A stretch of DNA of 64,000 bases, taken from the NCBI GenBank assembly GCA_910587165.1, contig CAJUKP010000005.1, positions 5,050 through 69,049 of the forward strand, written 5' to 3'. Positions 38,478 to 47,325 of this stretch are shown here, one piece after another. Position 1 is the stretch's first letter. Each line of letters begins with the position of its first letter. A program made the translations under genes and the position numbers. The stretch is from an uncultured Duncaniella sp. (GTDB lineage: Bacteria; Bacteroidota; Bacteroidia; Bacteroidales; Muribaculaceae). The notes under the pieces are model-generated. The model saw only the letters and a list, made by a program, of their open reading frames with translations. It searched no databases and was not told the origin of the DNA.

Positions 38478-38528
38478 ATTAATGATTCGCATCCACACCT
38501 CCATATATTTCCGCCTCAAACAGCAGGA
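38478..38528. repeat. Direct repeat B, copy 2
   Basis: ATTAATGATTCGCATCCACACCTCCATATATTTCCGCCTCAAACAGCAGGA. Confidence 0.9.
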
Positions 38529-38554
38529 AACGACTTTGCAAACCTCAAAAAACA

Positions 38555-38596
38555 GCGGACTCCGGCGCTTTCTGCAAAAACAGGTCCGGAGTCCGC
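38555..38596 (-). terminator. Intrinsic terminator of the 413-aa gene
   Basis: GCGGACTCCGG / CCGGAGTCCGC perfect arms, then TGTTTTTTG on the minus strand. Confidence 0.65.
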
Positions 38597-38622
38597 GAAT
38601 ATAAGAAAAAGTCGTTACCAAG

Positions 38623-39864
38623 TTATCTTTGCTGATAAATGAATTTCATACCGTCCTTGATGTATAGACCACCCGGTACCGGATTCTTAACCACACGACC
38701 CATCATATCGTGGATGGGTGTGTTGGTCTTCCGTTTAATTGTGATGTCGGCAATTCCGGCAACTCCAGGCATCTTAACCTGACCTCCCGTAGCCTTTATA
38801 TCAGGGAATTGTTGCAGATACACAGCTCCATCAGGTATGACGATGGTATAACCTTTCTCCGAGGTCATGCAGAACCCGCCGAAATCGCAGCACACAAGCC
38901 AACAGTTAATGTCGGTGTTCAGATATGCGGGGACTGATTTAACCAAAGTCTCGCAATCACCCTCATAAAGCTCAATCACAGCACCCTCCGCTACTCCGAC
39001 GGGAGAATCGTAAGTAAAGCTGACCTCATTCAGCACATCGGAATGGTCTGTGAACAGGCTGCACCATTTATACGAGAAAGGAGCATCGGGTTCGGTGTAA
39101 CTGCCAATAAAATTGAGTGCGTATTCCTCATTCACGATATCGTCGCGATGCAATGCCGATACACTTCCGGCAGGAAGCACAAGGCTATATCTGACACCGA
39201 GATCAAAATATGTCTTTTCGGGGAATCCCGGACGCACCTGACCCAAATCCCAATCCCATGACACATCTGCCGGGATTTTATCAACCAGCTCGCCATCTCT
39301 GTAAAACAGAAATTCAGGAGAACCGACAGGAGCAATTTCATAGCCGTAGTAGAAGCATAAGGCTAGATTGGTGGAGTCCCATACGGGAGCATCATTCACG
39401 AAATCGGTCTGAGGTGTACCAAGATTTTCGGGCACATCCACATCCCGGGAGTATGCCTTATTGACAATCTGGATATCATTGTAGCATTCCACCCAGCCTA
39501 CCGAACCTTTTGACAGACAGATGGTATAGGTTTTCCCCTTAGGAAGATTCTGTTTGTCGAATCTGGCGATCAGAGTTCCCTGTTTACTTTTTTCACCGAC
39601 ATAGTTGTCAATATCAAGACTGACCGCGGTTGCCACCACTTCACCGCCGCACTTGACAGTGACCGATGCGTTGTCAAAAAGCTTGATGCAACGGTCAAAG
39701 ACAAAGCCGACTTCTTCAAGCGGAGCCACGAAAGGCCGATTTGCTGACGGACTGACGGAAACGGGAGCCAATGTTGCCTCGATCTCCGTGGCTCCCATAG
39801 TTGCCGTGATGGCACACAACGCCATCAGCAAACATACCGTTCTCAATAAACCTTGTTTCTTCAT
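38623..39864 (-). CDS. Secreted protein with three Ig-like repeats and a T9SS-type C-terminal domain
   Basis: Signal peptide; repeated 'YTICLSKGSV / YSLVLPAGSV / YTIVIPDGAV'; C-terminal 'GIADI...IHDMMGRVV.NP..GGLYIKDG.KFI'. Confidence 0.7.
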   Translation of the reverse strand: MKKQGLLRTVCLLMALCAITATMGATEIEATLAPVSVSPSANRPFVAPLEEVGFVFDRCIKLFDNASVTVKCGGEVVATAVSLDIDNYVGEKSKQGTLIARFDKQNLPKGKTYTICLSKGSVGWVECYNDIQIVNKAYSRDVDVPENLGTPQTDFVNDAPVWDSTNLALCFYYGYEIAPVGSPEFLFYRDGELVDKIPADVSWDWDLGQVRPGFPEKTYFDLGVRYSLVLPAGSVSALHRDDIVNEEYALNFIGSYTEPDAPFSYKWCSLFTDHSDVLNEVSFTYDSPVGVAEGAVIELYEGDCETLVKSVPAYLNTDINCWLVCCDFGGFCMTSEKGYTIVIPDGAVYLQQFPDIKATGGQVKMPGVAGIADITIKRKTNTPIHDMMGRVVKNPVPGGLYIKDGMKFIYQQR

Positions 39865-39889
39865 ACGTCTTATTATTTATTGGTTACTA

Positions 39890-40402
39890 TCACTTTATAT
39901 ACATTTTACGTGTTCCCTCCGGAGTGGCCACGATATAAATATCACCCGGTAGATTCAACGATTCTCCCTGATAACAAGGTGTATTATACATGGGTATTCC
40001 CTGCAAATTATAAATCGCCAATGAATTGCCAATCAAGCTCTCACCGAAGTCAGTCATAACCTCTTCCGTGCTGCCATGCCGGGTGTTCAGTACGGCACAC
40101 GAGACTCCGATTCCCAACGGATGCACAAACCAGATCAGATCATTCTTTCTGTCTATGGTAATATCATTGGCTGTGTTGAATGTCTTCTGCTGACCGGAAT
40201 GCTTGTTGATCACCGTAATACCGGCACCGGATGATGACACATAAATATATTCATCATCGTGAGTAATCCTCAGAACATGATTCTTGTTTGCGATTCCCTG
40301 CCACTCAGTGAGACCCTCGCCAGCAAAACAATTGACGCTGAGCGTCACTAACGCACAAATTCGGGCGAAGTTATAAAATACTGTTTCTGAGATTGGTTTC
40401 AC
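39890..40402 (-). CDS. Short exported protein: propeller-like N-terminus joined to a T9SS-type CTD (possible internal-deletion remnant)
   Basis: GTG start, signal-like N-terminus, about two propeller-blade-like segments, then 'IYNLQG...LNLPGDIYIV......RKMYIK'. Confidence 0.5.
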   Translation of the reverse strand: MKPISETVFYNFARICALVTLSVNCFAGEGLTEWQGIANKNHVLRITHDDEYIYVSSSGAGITVINKHSGQQKTFNTANDITIDRKNDLIWFVHPLGIGVSCAVLNTRHGSTEEVMTDFGESLIGNSLAIYNLQGIPMYNTPCYQGESLNLPGDIYIVATPEGTRKMYIK

Positions 40403-40473
40403 TTGTCAATGGTTTTATTGACAAAGTTAACAAGTATTACTGACTTGGGCGTAAACAAAAGTTTATACCCAAG

Positions 40474-41037
40474 TCATTTGCCCAATTTTTTTCTGATGCG
40501 GCTGAGATGAATTGGAGTGACGAGAAGATATGAGGCTATGTCACGGAGCGGCACCCTCTCCATCAGATCAGGATATTTCTTGACAATTTCAATATAACGC
40601 TCGGTCGGAGTTTTCTGATGAAGGTCAAGATAGCGGCTGTATGCTTCTACCAAAACGATTGATGATATCAGGGGGATAAGATCAGGTTTATTACTTGTCA
40701 GATAATCACGGATGGAATCCAATGGCACCTGCATCACAGTGGAATCACACCCGGCGACAATTGAAATTTTAGACGGCTTCCCAAACAGGAATGATTGAGT
40801 GAAATCAACCACACACTCATCTGCAAATGAAAAGCCGGTGACGGCATAATCACCTTTGGATGTAAGCACACAGTATTTGAAATAGCCTGATTTCACAAAA
40901 CCGACATATCTCCCTACGTGTCCGGCATCCACAAAACAATCACCCTTTGCATAGCGGACGGCCTTGCCGTTTGCCATGCAATACCCGCGCATCGCTTCAA
41001 AGTCGATATACGAAAGGAAATCGTTAATGTGCGCCAT
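40474..41037 (-). CDS. Crp/Fnr-family cNMP-binding regulator
   Basis: 'YAKGD.FV..G....YVGFV.SG', 'TPTERY......YPDL..RVPL.DIASYL.VTP.HLSRIRK' helix-turn-helix. Confidence 0.9.
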   Translation of the reverse strand: MAHINDFLSYIDFEAMRGYCMANGKAVRYAKGDCFVDAGHVGRYVGFVKSGYFKYCVLTSKGDYAVTGFSFADECVVDFTQSFLFGKPSKISIVAGCDSTVMQVPLDSIRDYLTSNKPDLIPLISSIVLVEAYSRYLDLHQKTPTERYIEIVKKYPDLMERVPLRDIASYLLVTPIHLSRIRKKLGK

Positions 41038-41242
41038 CCGTAGAACAAGATTATCCGACAGCCACTACCGGGCAATTCTTCAAGAGAATCGGCAGTGCGT
41101 CCCATAACTCAAAAAAATTTGCTTTTGGCAAAGTTAGGCAAAATATCTCTGACGACACCCATATCTGACAGATTTTTCAGGACACCGACCCGCAAAGCTC
41201 CGAAACAGATCTGTGGTAAGGAACAAATGGAAAGTAACCTCC

Positions 41243-41327
41243 CTGATTTTGTTTCTGCAAAATTAATTGTGGAAATTTCCTAAAAGGTGCGATAATGTCA
41301 CTCCGTTTGAAAAAAATTTCCTACCTT
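41243..41327. repeat. Direct repeat A, copy 2, overlapping the TACCTTTG promoter of the acid-sugar operon
   Basis: 83/85 identical to 38357-38441; TACCTTTG at 41322-41329 is intact only in this copy. Confidence 0.93.
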
Positions 41328-41370
41328 TGTAGATACATTGACTTAAATCTATCAATAACCTTATATAATC

Positions 41371-42255
41371 ATGAAGAATTGTAAGTACCGCGGTGTGGTC
41401 GTGCCTATGGTCACACCCGTCACCGAAGAAGGAAATCTTGACGTAGCTGCAGTAAGTAGAATCATCGAATTTTTCGCTTCCAATGGTGTCTCGCCCCTTC
41501 TGATGGGCACCACCGGAGAGGGCAACAGTGTGTCTGCCGCCGACGGCATCCTGCTCGTTCGGACCGCCATCGTGGCTGCCAAGGGTCGTGTGCTTGTCTA
41601 TGCCGGCCTCACAGGCAACTGCTTCTCCGAGCAGCTGGCACAGGCTGAGGCGTTCACACGCGCCGGAGCCGACGTGATCGTCGCCACCCTCCCCTCCTAC
41701 TACGCCCTGACAGAGGAGCAGATGTACAATTACTACAAGACTCTCGCCGACAGCATCAAGGGCCCGCTCATGCTCTACAATATACTCGCCACCACACACA
41801 TGACCATACCCGTCAATGTGGTGAAGCGCCTCGCCGACCACCCCAACATCGTAGGTCTCAAGGACTCCGAGCGCGATCTCGACCGCATGAAAGAGTGCAT
41901 CGCCATCTCCAAGGACCGCGAGGATTTCGCCTATTTCTGCGGTTGGGCGGCACAGTCGGCCTACTCCCTCTCGCTCGGAGGCGACGGCATCGTCCCCAGC
42001 ACCGGCAACTATGTGCCCGAGATGTTCCAGCACCTCTATGAGGCTGCCGTGAACGGAGACATGGCCACCGCCGAGCGCCTTCAGAACGACACCAACGAGA
42101 TAGCCAAGATATATCAGGCAGGCCGCACACTGGGCCAGTCGCTCACAGCCCTCAAGGTGATGATGCAGACCAAGGGTCTCTGCGATCCCTGGATGCTCAT
42201 GCCCCTCACCCGCCTCTCGGCTGAAGAAGAACAGGAAATCAAGGCCAAGTTATGA
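41371..42255 (+). CDS. DHDPS/N-acetylneuraminate-lyase-family class I pyruvate aldolase (not DapA)
   Basis: 'GTTGE', catalytic Tyr in 'LYNI', Schiff-base Lys in 'GLKDS'; lacks the DapA 'YNVPxRT' arginine (has YNILATT). Confidence 0.85.
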   Translation: MKNCKYRGVVVPMVTPVTEEGNLDVAAVSRIIEFFASNGVSPLLMGTTGEGNSVSAADGILLVRTAIVAAKGRVLVYAGLTGNCFSEQLAQAEAFTRAGADVIVATLPSYYALTEEQMYNYYKTLADSIKGPLMLYNILATTHMTIPVNVVKRLADHPNIVGLKDSERDLDRMKECIAISKDREDFAYFCGWAAQSAYSLSLGGDGIVPSTGNYVPEMFQHLYEAAVNGDMATAERLQNDTNEIAKIYQAGRTLGQSLTALKVMMQTKGLCDPWMLMPLTRLSAEEEQEIKAKL

Positions 42256-43841
42256 ACGACATTCACTGGATTGACTATCTGATAGTATTTCTGTCGATAG
42301 CCTCGGCCATCGGCGTGGGCATCTACTTCGCCCGCCGCCAGAAGGACACAAGCACCTACTTCGCCGCCGGCGGCAAGATACCCGCCTGGGCGGTGGGAAT
42401 GTCCATCTTCGCCACCCTCATCTCCAGCGTCACCTTCCTGGCCTATCCCGGCGCAGCGTATGCTGACAACTGGATCCTTCTTGTCCAGGGCCTCATGGTG
42501 CCCCTGGTGCTCCTCGCCCTCATCGGCGTGATCGTGCCCTTGTTCCGCAAGGTGGTGCGCCTCTCCACCTACGAGTATTTCGAACGGAGGTTCGGACTGT
42601 TTGCCCGTATGTACAGCTCGTTCGCCTTCACGCTCGGTCATTTCTCCAAGGCCGGCACCGTGTTCTTCCTGGTGTCCATGGCCCTGTCCACTTTCCTTGA
42701 CTTCAATATCTATGCCATCGTCATAGTGCTGGGTATCACCATCATAGTGCTCACACTGCTCGGAGGCATGGAAGCCATCGTGTGGATGGATGTCGCCCAG
42801 GGCGGTCTGCTCATCGGAGGCGGCATCATCTGTGTGTGTCTGCTCCTGTTCCTCCCGGAAGGTGGACCGGCTGAGGTGATGCGCATAGCCGGGGAATACA
42901 ACAAGATTGATTTCGGGCCATACGACTGGGATCTCACACAGCTCACATTCCTCGTGATGGCGCTCAACGGCGTGTTCTACGCCCTGCAGAAATATGGCAC
43001 CGACCAGACCATCGTGCAGCGTTATCTGGCAGCCAAGAATGACACCGATGCCAAGAAAGCCGCCTATATCGGTGTGCTCATGAGTGTGCCTATCTGGGCC
43101 CTCTTCATGTTCATCGGCACCTGTCTGTTCGCCTACTATCACGCTTCGGGCGCACCTGCGCTTCCCGACGGGCTCAAGGCCGACGAAGTGTTCCCCTACT
43201 TCATCAGCAACGAGCTTCCCGTGGGAATCCGCGGCCTAATCATCGCCGCTCTCGCCGCCGCCGCCATCTCGAGCCTCGACACCGACCTCAACTGCCTCTC
43301 GGCCATAGCCGTACAGGACTACTATGTGCGCTTCAAGAAGAACGCCACCGACCGCCAGCAGCTCAGATTCGGCCGCCTCATGGTGGTTCTCTCGGGCGTA
43401 GGAGCCGTAGGCGTTGCCATCCTCTACATCTCGTGGGGTGGCGAAGGTGTGCTCGGCGCCCTCTTCTCGCTCTATGCCATCTTCTCTGCCGGAATCGTCG
43501 GAATCTTCCTGCTCGGACTCTTCAGCCGCCGCGCCAACAGCAAGGGACTGCTCGTGGGCATCATAGCCGCCGTGCTCTTCACAGGCTATGCCGTGCTCAC
43601 ATCCACCAAGGTAGACATCCACGGCACCGGCACACCGGTGACCCTGCTCGATCTCGGCGACTGGAACTTCACCCACCATAAATATATGCTCGGCGTCTAC
43701 AGCCACCTCATCGTGCTTGTGGTGGGCTATCTCGCAAGCTATCTCTTCGCCGCTCCCCTCGCCGCCAAGGAACTCACCATCTTCGGCTATCTCGAGGATA
43801 AGAAAAAGGAGAAAGAACAGCTCGACATCGAGCCTGCATAA
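42252..43841 (+). CDS. Sodium:solute symporter (SSS), SiaT-like acid-sugar importer
   Basis: 'YF.AGG.IP.WAVGMSIFAT..SS.TFL', 'YEYFERRFG', 'GGMEAIVW.DV.Q', 'GTDQTIVQRYL'; multiple TM helices. Confidence 0.9.
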   Translation: MNDIHWIDYLIVFLSIASAIGVGIYFARRQKDTSTYFAAGGKIPAWAVGMSIFATLISSVTFLAYPGAAYADNWILLVQGLMVPLVLLALIGVIVPLFRKVVRLSTYEYFERRFGLFARMYSSFAFTLGHFSKAGTVFFLVSMALSTFLDFNIYAIVIVLGITIIVLTLLGGMEAIVWMDVAQGGLLIGGGIICVCLLLFLPEGGPAEVMRIAGEYNKIDFGPYDWDLTQLTFLVMALNGVFYALQKYGTDQTIVQRYLAAKNDTDAKKAAYIGVLMSVPIWALFMFIGTCLFAYYHASGAPALPDGLKADEVFPYFISNELPVGIRGLIIAALAAAAISSLDTDLNCLSAIAVQDYYVRFKKNATDRQQLRFGRLMVVLSGVGAVGVAILYISWGGEGVLGALFSLYAIFSAGIVGIFLLGLFSRRANSKGLLVGIIAAVLFTGYAVLTSTKVDIHGTGTPVTLLDLGDWNFTHHKYMLGVYSHLIVLVVGYLASYLFAAPLAAKELTIFGYLEDKKKEKEQLDIEPA

Positions 43842-43868
43842 ACCAATAATCATCAGAACAATTATAGT

Positions 43869-45014
43869 ATGAAACCCATCACGATCTTGCAGCCGCAGAA
43901 AATCGTTTTCGGTTCAGGATGCATCCAGACTTTCACAGAAGACTATCTCAAACTCGGCCACAAGCGCCTCTTCGTGCTCACGGCACCACCCATCATCCCC
44001 CTCATCGAGCCCTCTCTGGCAGTGCTCAGAGAGAACGGTGTTGAGGTCGAGGTGTTCCAGAACATCCTGGCCGAGCCTTCGCTGAGCGACTTCAACAAGA
44101 TACTCGGGATAGCCCGCGAATTCCGCGCCGACAGCGTGGCAGGTATCGGAGGAGGCTCGGTGCTCGACGTGGCCAAACTCGTGGCCGCTTTCATCGACAG
44201 CGACCAGAAGGCCGAGGACTGCTTCGGAACAGGATTCATCAACAGGAAAGGTCTCTGGCTGGCCTGTCTGCCCACCACCGCCGGAACAGGCAGCGAGGTT
44301 TCGCCCAACGCCATCCTGCTCGACGAGCGCGACAAGCTCAAGAAGGGTATCGTGAGCCCCTATCTGCTGGCCGATGTGGCATACGTGGATCCCAAGCTCA
44401 CCATGACAGTTCCCGCAAAGGTGACCGCCGACACCGGCATGGATGCCCTCACCCACTGCATCGAGGCCTATACCAACAAGTTTGCCCATCCTGCCGTGGA
44501 CATCTATGCGCTCCAGGGCATCAAGCTCATCGCGGCCAACCTGCTCCGCGCCGTGAAGGACGGAAATGATGTCGAGGCCCGTGAGGCCCTGGCGCTCGGC
44601 TCGCTCTACGGCGGCCTCGTGCTCGGTCCGGTCAACACAGCCGCCGTCCACGCCCTCAGCTACCCCCTCGGCGGCGAATTCCACATCCCCCACGGACTCT
44701 CCAACGCCATCCTGCTCCCGTCGGTGATGAAGTTCAACCGTCCGGCCAACCTGCGCAAGTATGCCGAGGTGGCCATCGCCATGGGTGCGCCCGCCGGCAA
44801 GGATGACGACGAGACCGCCCAGAACGGTGTCGACTTCATCTGCGAGCTCTCCAAGGCTGTCGGAATTCCCCAGAAACTCACCGAGCTCAACATACCTCAG
44901 AGCGCCGTCGACGGTATGGCCAAGGCTGCCATGGAAGTGCAGCGTCTGCTCAAGAACAATCCCCGCGAGGTCACCGAACAGGATGCCCGCGACATCTACA
45001 ACTCACTCTATTGA
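43869..45014 (+). CDS. Iron-containing (group III) alcohol dehydrogenase / aldehyde reductase
   Basis: 'GIGGGSVLDVAK', 'PTTAGTGSEV', 'DALTHCIE', 'HALSYPLG', 'PHGLSNA'. Confidence 0.93.
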   Translation: MKPITILQPQKIVFGSGCIQTFTEDYLKLGHKRLFVLTAPPIIPLIEPSLAVLRENGVEVEVFQNILAEPSLSDFNKILGIAREFRADSVAGIGGGSVLDVAKLVAAFIDSDQKAEDCFGTGFINRKGLWLACLPTTAGTGSEVSPNAILLDERDKLKKGIVSPYLLADVAYVDPKLTMTVPAKVTADTGMDALTHCIEAYTNKFAHPAVDIYALQGIKLIAANLLRAVKDGNDVEAREALALGSLYGGLVLGPVNTAAVHALSYPLGGEFHIPHGLSNAILLPSVMKFNRPANLRKYAEVAIAMGAPAGKDDDETAQNGVDFICELSKAVGIPQKLTELNIPQSAVDGMAKAAMEVQRLLKNNPREVTEQDARDIYNSLY

Positions 45015-45019
45015 TCAGC

Positions 45020-46057
45020 ATGAAACCGATATTAGCCATCACCATGGGCGATCCCGCCGGCATCGGACCGGAGATCGTGGTACGCGCCCTGAGCCATAAG
45101 GAAACCTACGAACAGTGCCGCCCCATCGTCACCGGCGATGCCAATGTGATGCGGGAGGCCGTGAAGCTGCTCGGATTCGACTTCAGCATCAATCCCGTCA
45201 AGGATGTCAAGGACGCAAAGTTTGAATACGGCACCATCGACGTCTATGATCTTGAGTGCATCGACATGAGCACCTTCAAATTCGGCGAGGTGCAGCCACA
45301 GTGTGGCAACGCCGCATTCGTGAGCATCTGCAAGGCCATCGACCTGGCCATGGCCGGAGAGGTGGACGGCACCGTCACCGCTCCGCTCAACAAGGAGGCC
45401 CTCAATCTCGCCGGACACCACTTCGACGGACACACCGAGATCTACGCCACATTCACAGGCACCAAGAAATATGCCATGATGCTCGCCGACGAGAACATCC
45501 GCGTGATCCACGTCTCGACCCATGTGCCCCTGCGCAAGGCCTGCGATCTGGTCAAGAAAGCACGTGTGATCGAGGTGACCGAGCTCATCAGCGACGCCTG
45601 CCGCCAGTTCGGCATCGAGAACCCCCGCATAGGCATAGCCGGTCTCAACCCCCACAGCAGCGAGAACGGAATGTTTGGCGACGAGGAGGCTCTCGAGATC
45701 ATCCCCGCCATAGAGGAGCTGAGAGAGAGAGGCTTCAATGTCGACGGTCCCGTGCCGCCTGATTCCATCTTTGCCAAAGCCAAATGCGGCAAATATGACG
45801 GATGCGTGGCAATGTATCACGACCAGGGCCACATTCCCCTCAAGGTCTGCGCCTTCAACTGGAACAAGGAGACCGGCAAGATGGAGAGCGCCAAGGGTGT
45901 CAACATCACACTCGGACTTCCCATCATCCGCGTCAGCGTCGACCACGGCACCGCCTTCGACGTCGCCGGAAAGGGAATTGCCAGCGAGGATGCAATGATG
46001 CTCAGCATCGACTATGCCACCCGGATGGCCAAATACCGTCTTGGAATCAAGGAATAG
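45020..46057 (+). CDS. pdxA2: PdxA-family 4-phospho-tetronate dehydrogenase (PdxA2 type)
   Basis: 'TMGDPAGIGPE', 'GHTE', 'HVSTH', 'GLNPH', 'YHDQG', 'SVDHGTAFD'; adjacent to a DUF1537 kinase. Confidence 0.85.
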   Translation: MKPILAITMGDPAGIGPEIVVRALSHKETYEQCRPIVTGDANVMREAVKLLGFDFSINPVKDVKDAKFEYGTIDVYDLECIDMSTFKFGEVQPQCGNAAFVSICKAIDLAMAGEVDGTVTAPLNKEALNLAGHHFDGHTEIYATFTGTKKYAMMLADENIRVIHVSTHVPLRKACDLVKKARVIEVTELISDACRQFGIENPRIGIAGLNPHSSENGMFGDEEALEIIPAIEELRERGFNVDGPVPPDSIFAKAKCGKYDGCVAMYHDQGHIPLKVCAFNWNKETGKMESAKGVNITLGLPIIRVSVDHGTAFDVAGKGIASEDAMMLSIDYATRMAKYRLGIKE

Positions 46058-46066
46058 CAACCGGTC

Positions 46067-47158
46067 ATGATAGCTGTCATTGCAGATGACATTACCGGAG
46101 CAGCCGAAATGGCGGGCATCGCCCACCGTTTCGGCCTCCGTGTCATGCTCACCACCTCATACATCACCGGTGCGGACACCGATGTGATGGTAATAGCCAC
46201 CGACACCCGCTCCATGACCGCGGATGAAGCCGTGACCGAGACCCGTCGCGTGGCCGGTCTGCTGGCATCCGACCCTTCGGTCAGCCGCATCTTCAAAAAA
46301 ACCGACTCGGCGCTGCGCGGCCATGTGGTGGATGAACTCGAGGCGCTCATAAACGCCATCCCACACTACAACGAAGCCCTCTACATCCCCGCCAATCCCT
46401 CGAAAGGGCGTGTGATACGTGACGGGATATATTACATCGGTCCGACACCTCTGCATGAGACCGACTTCTCGTTCGATCCTGAATTTCCGGCGGTCACATC
46501 GCGTCTTGACGAGCGCTTTCCCGGCCATCTGGAACGCGGGGTACGTTTTGCCGACGCCACAGACACATCCGATATCGACGCGGCTCTGTCATCAGCCCCT
46601 GACACCACCCTCCCTGCGGGCGCGGCAGACCTCTTCACCTCATTCCTGCGCCTCAACTTCCCTCAGGCCGGGCAGACTGACATGGCCCTCCCTGACATCA
46701 ACCTGAACGATCTGCTCATAGTGTGCGGAAGCACCCAGAGCAAGGCTATCGACTGCGGTGCCGTCACGTCATATATGCCTGTCGAAGTCTATGACGGCCT
46801 CGCATCAGGCGAGGAGTGGGCCGAAGCCATCTCCCCTCTCTATGCACGCACACATTCGCTCATCCTGGCCATGAACCACCGCCACCGCACCGGCCACGAA
46901 GCAGCCGTCTACCTACGTTCAGCCATGGCCTCGGCCGTAGCCTCACTGATGGAGACCCACAGGCCCGCCGAGCTTATAATCGAGGGTGGCGCCACCGCTT
47001 TCGCCATACTCAGCAGCCTCGGATGGAACTCATTCACCATCACCGACCAGATAGCACCCGGTGTGATACGCATGGCCACCTCTGACGGCACACATATCAC
47101 CATGAAACCCGGCAGTTATCCCTGGGGAAACCTTTTTCCCGCTGCATCAGGCGCATAG
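46067..47158 (+). CDS. DUF1537 four-carbon acid-sugar kinase (DtnK/DenK-like)
   Basis: 'VIADDITGA', 'TDTRS', 'FKKTDSALRG', 'GSTQS', 'EGGATA', 'KPGS'. Confidence 0.88.
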   Translation: MIAVIADDITGAAEMAGIAHRFGLRVMLTTSYITGADTDVMVIATDTRSMTADEAVTETRRVAGLLASDPSVSRIFKKTDSALRGHVVDELEALINAIPHYNEALYIPANPSKGRVIRDGIYYIGPTPLHETDFSFDPEFPAVTSRLDERFPGHLERGVRFADATDTSDIDAALSSAPDTTLPAGAADLFTSFLRLNFPQAGQTDMALPDINLNDLLIVCGSTQSKAIDCGAVTSYMPVEVYDGLASGEEWAEAISPLYARTHSLILAMNHRHRTGHEAAVYLRSAMASAVASLMETHRPAELIIEGGATAFAILSSLGWNSFTITDQIAPGVIRMATSDGTHITMKPGSYPWGNLFPAASGA

Positions 47159-47189
47159 TTTGTAATTATAAAAAAATTTGCTACCTTTG
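47159..47189 (+). promoter_or_regulatory. sigmaA promoter for the wza/wzz-like genes
   Basis: TTTG at 47159-47162, 19-nt spacer, TACCTTTG at 47182-47189. Confidence 0.6.
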
Positions 47190-47325
47190 CAGCGACTTTT
47201 GCCGGTGTCCATAATTTTTTGTAACAGTCCCATTTTCCAAGGACTTCTGCATGACCTGACGGCCCCATCGGCGCAATGGCATTAAGAAAATTCCGTTAAC
47301 AATCGAATAAGTTGCGTTTTTACAG

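Noticed and set aside
41371..42255. dapA (lysine synthesis) or nanA call
   Set aside because: The DapA substrate-binding Arg motif is missing, no nanE/nanK or sialidase is nearby, and the context is tetronate catabolism.
45020..46057. pdxA for vitamin B6 biosynthesis
   Set aside because: Adjacent DUF1537 kinase and transporter indicate the catabolic PdxA2 type; no pdxJ/pdxB or ksgA/surA context.
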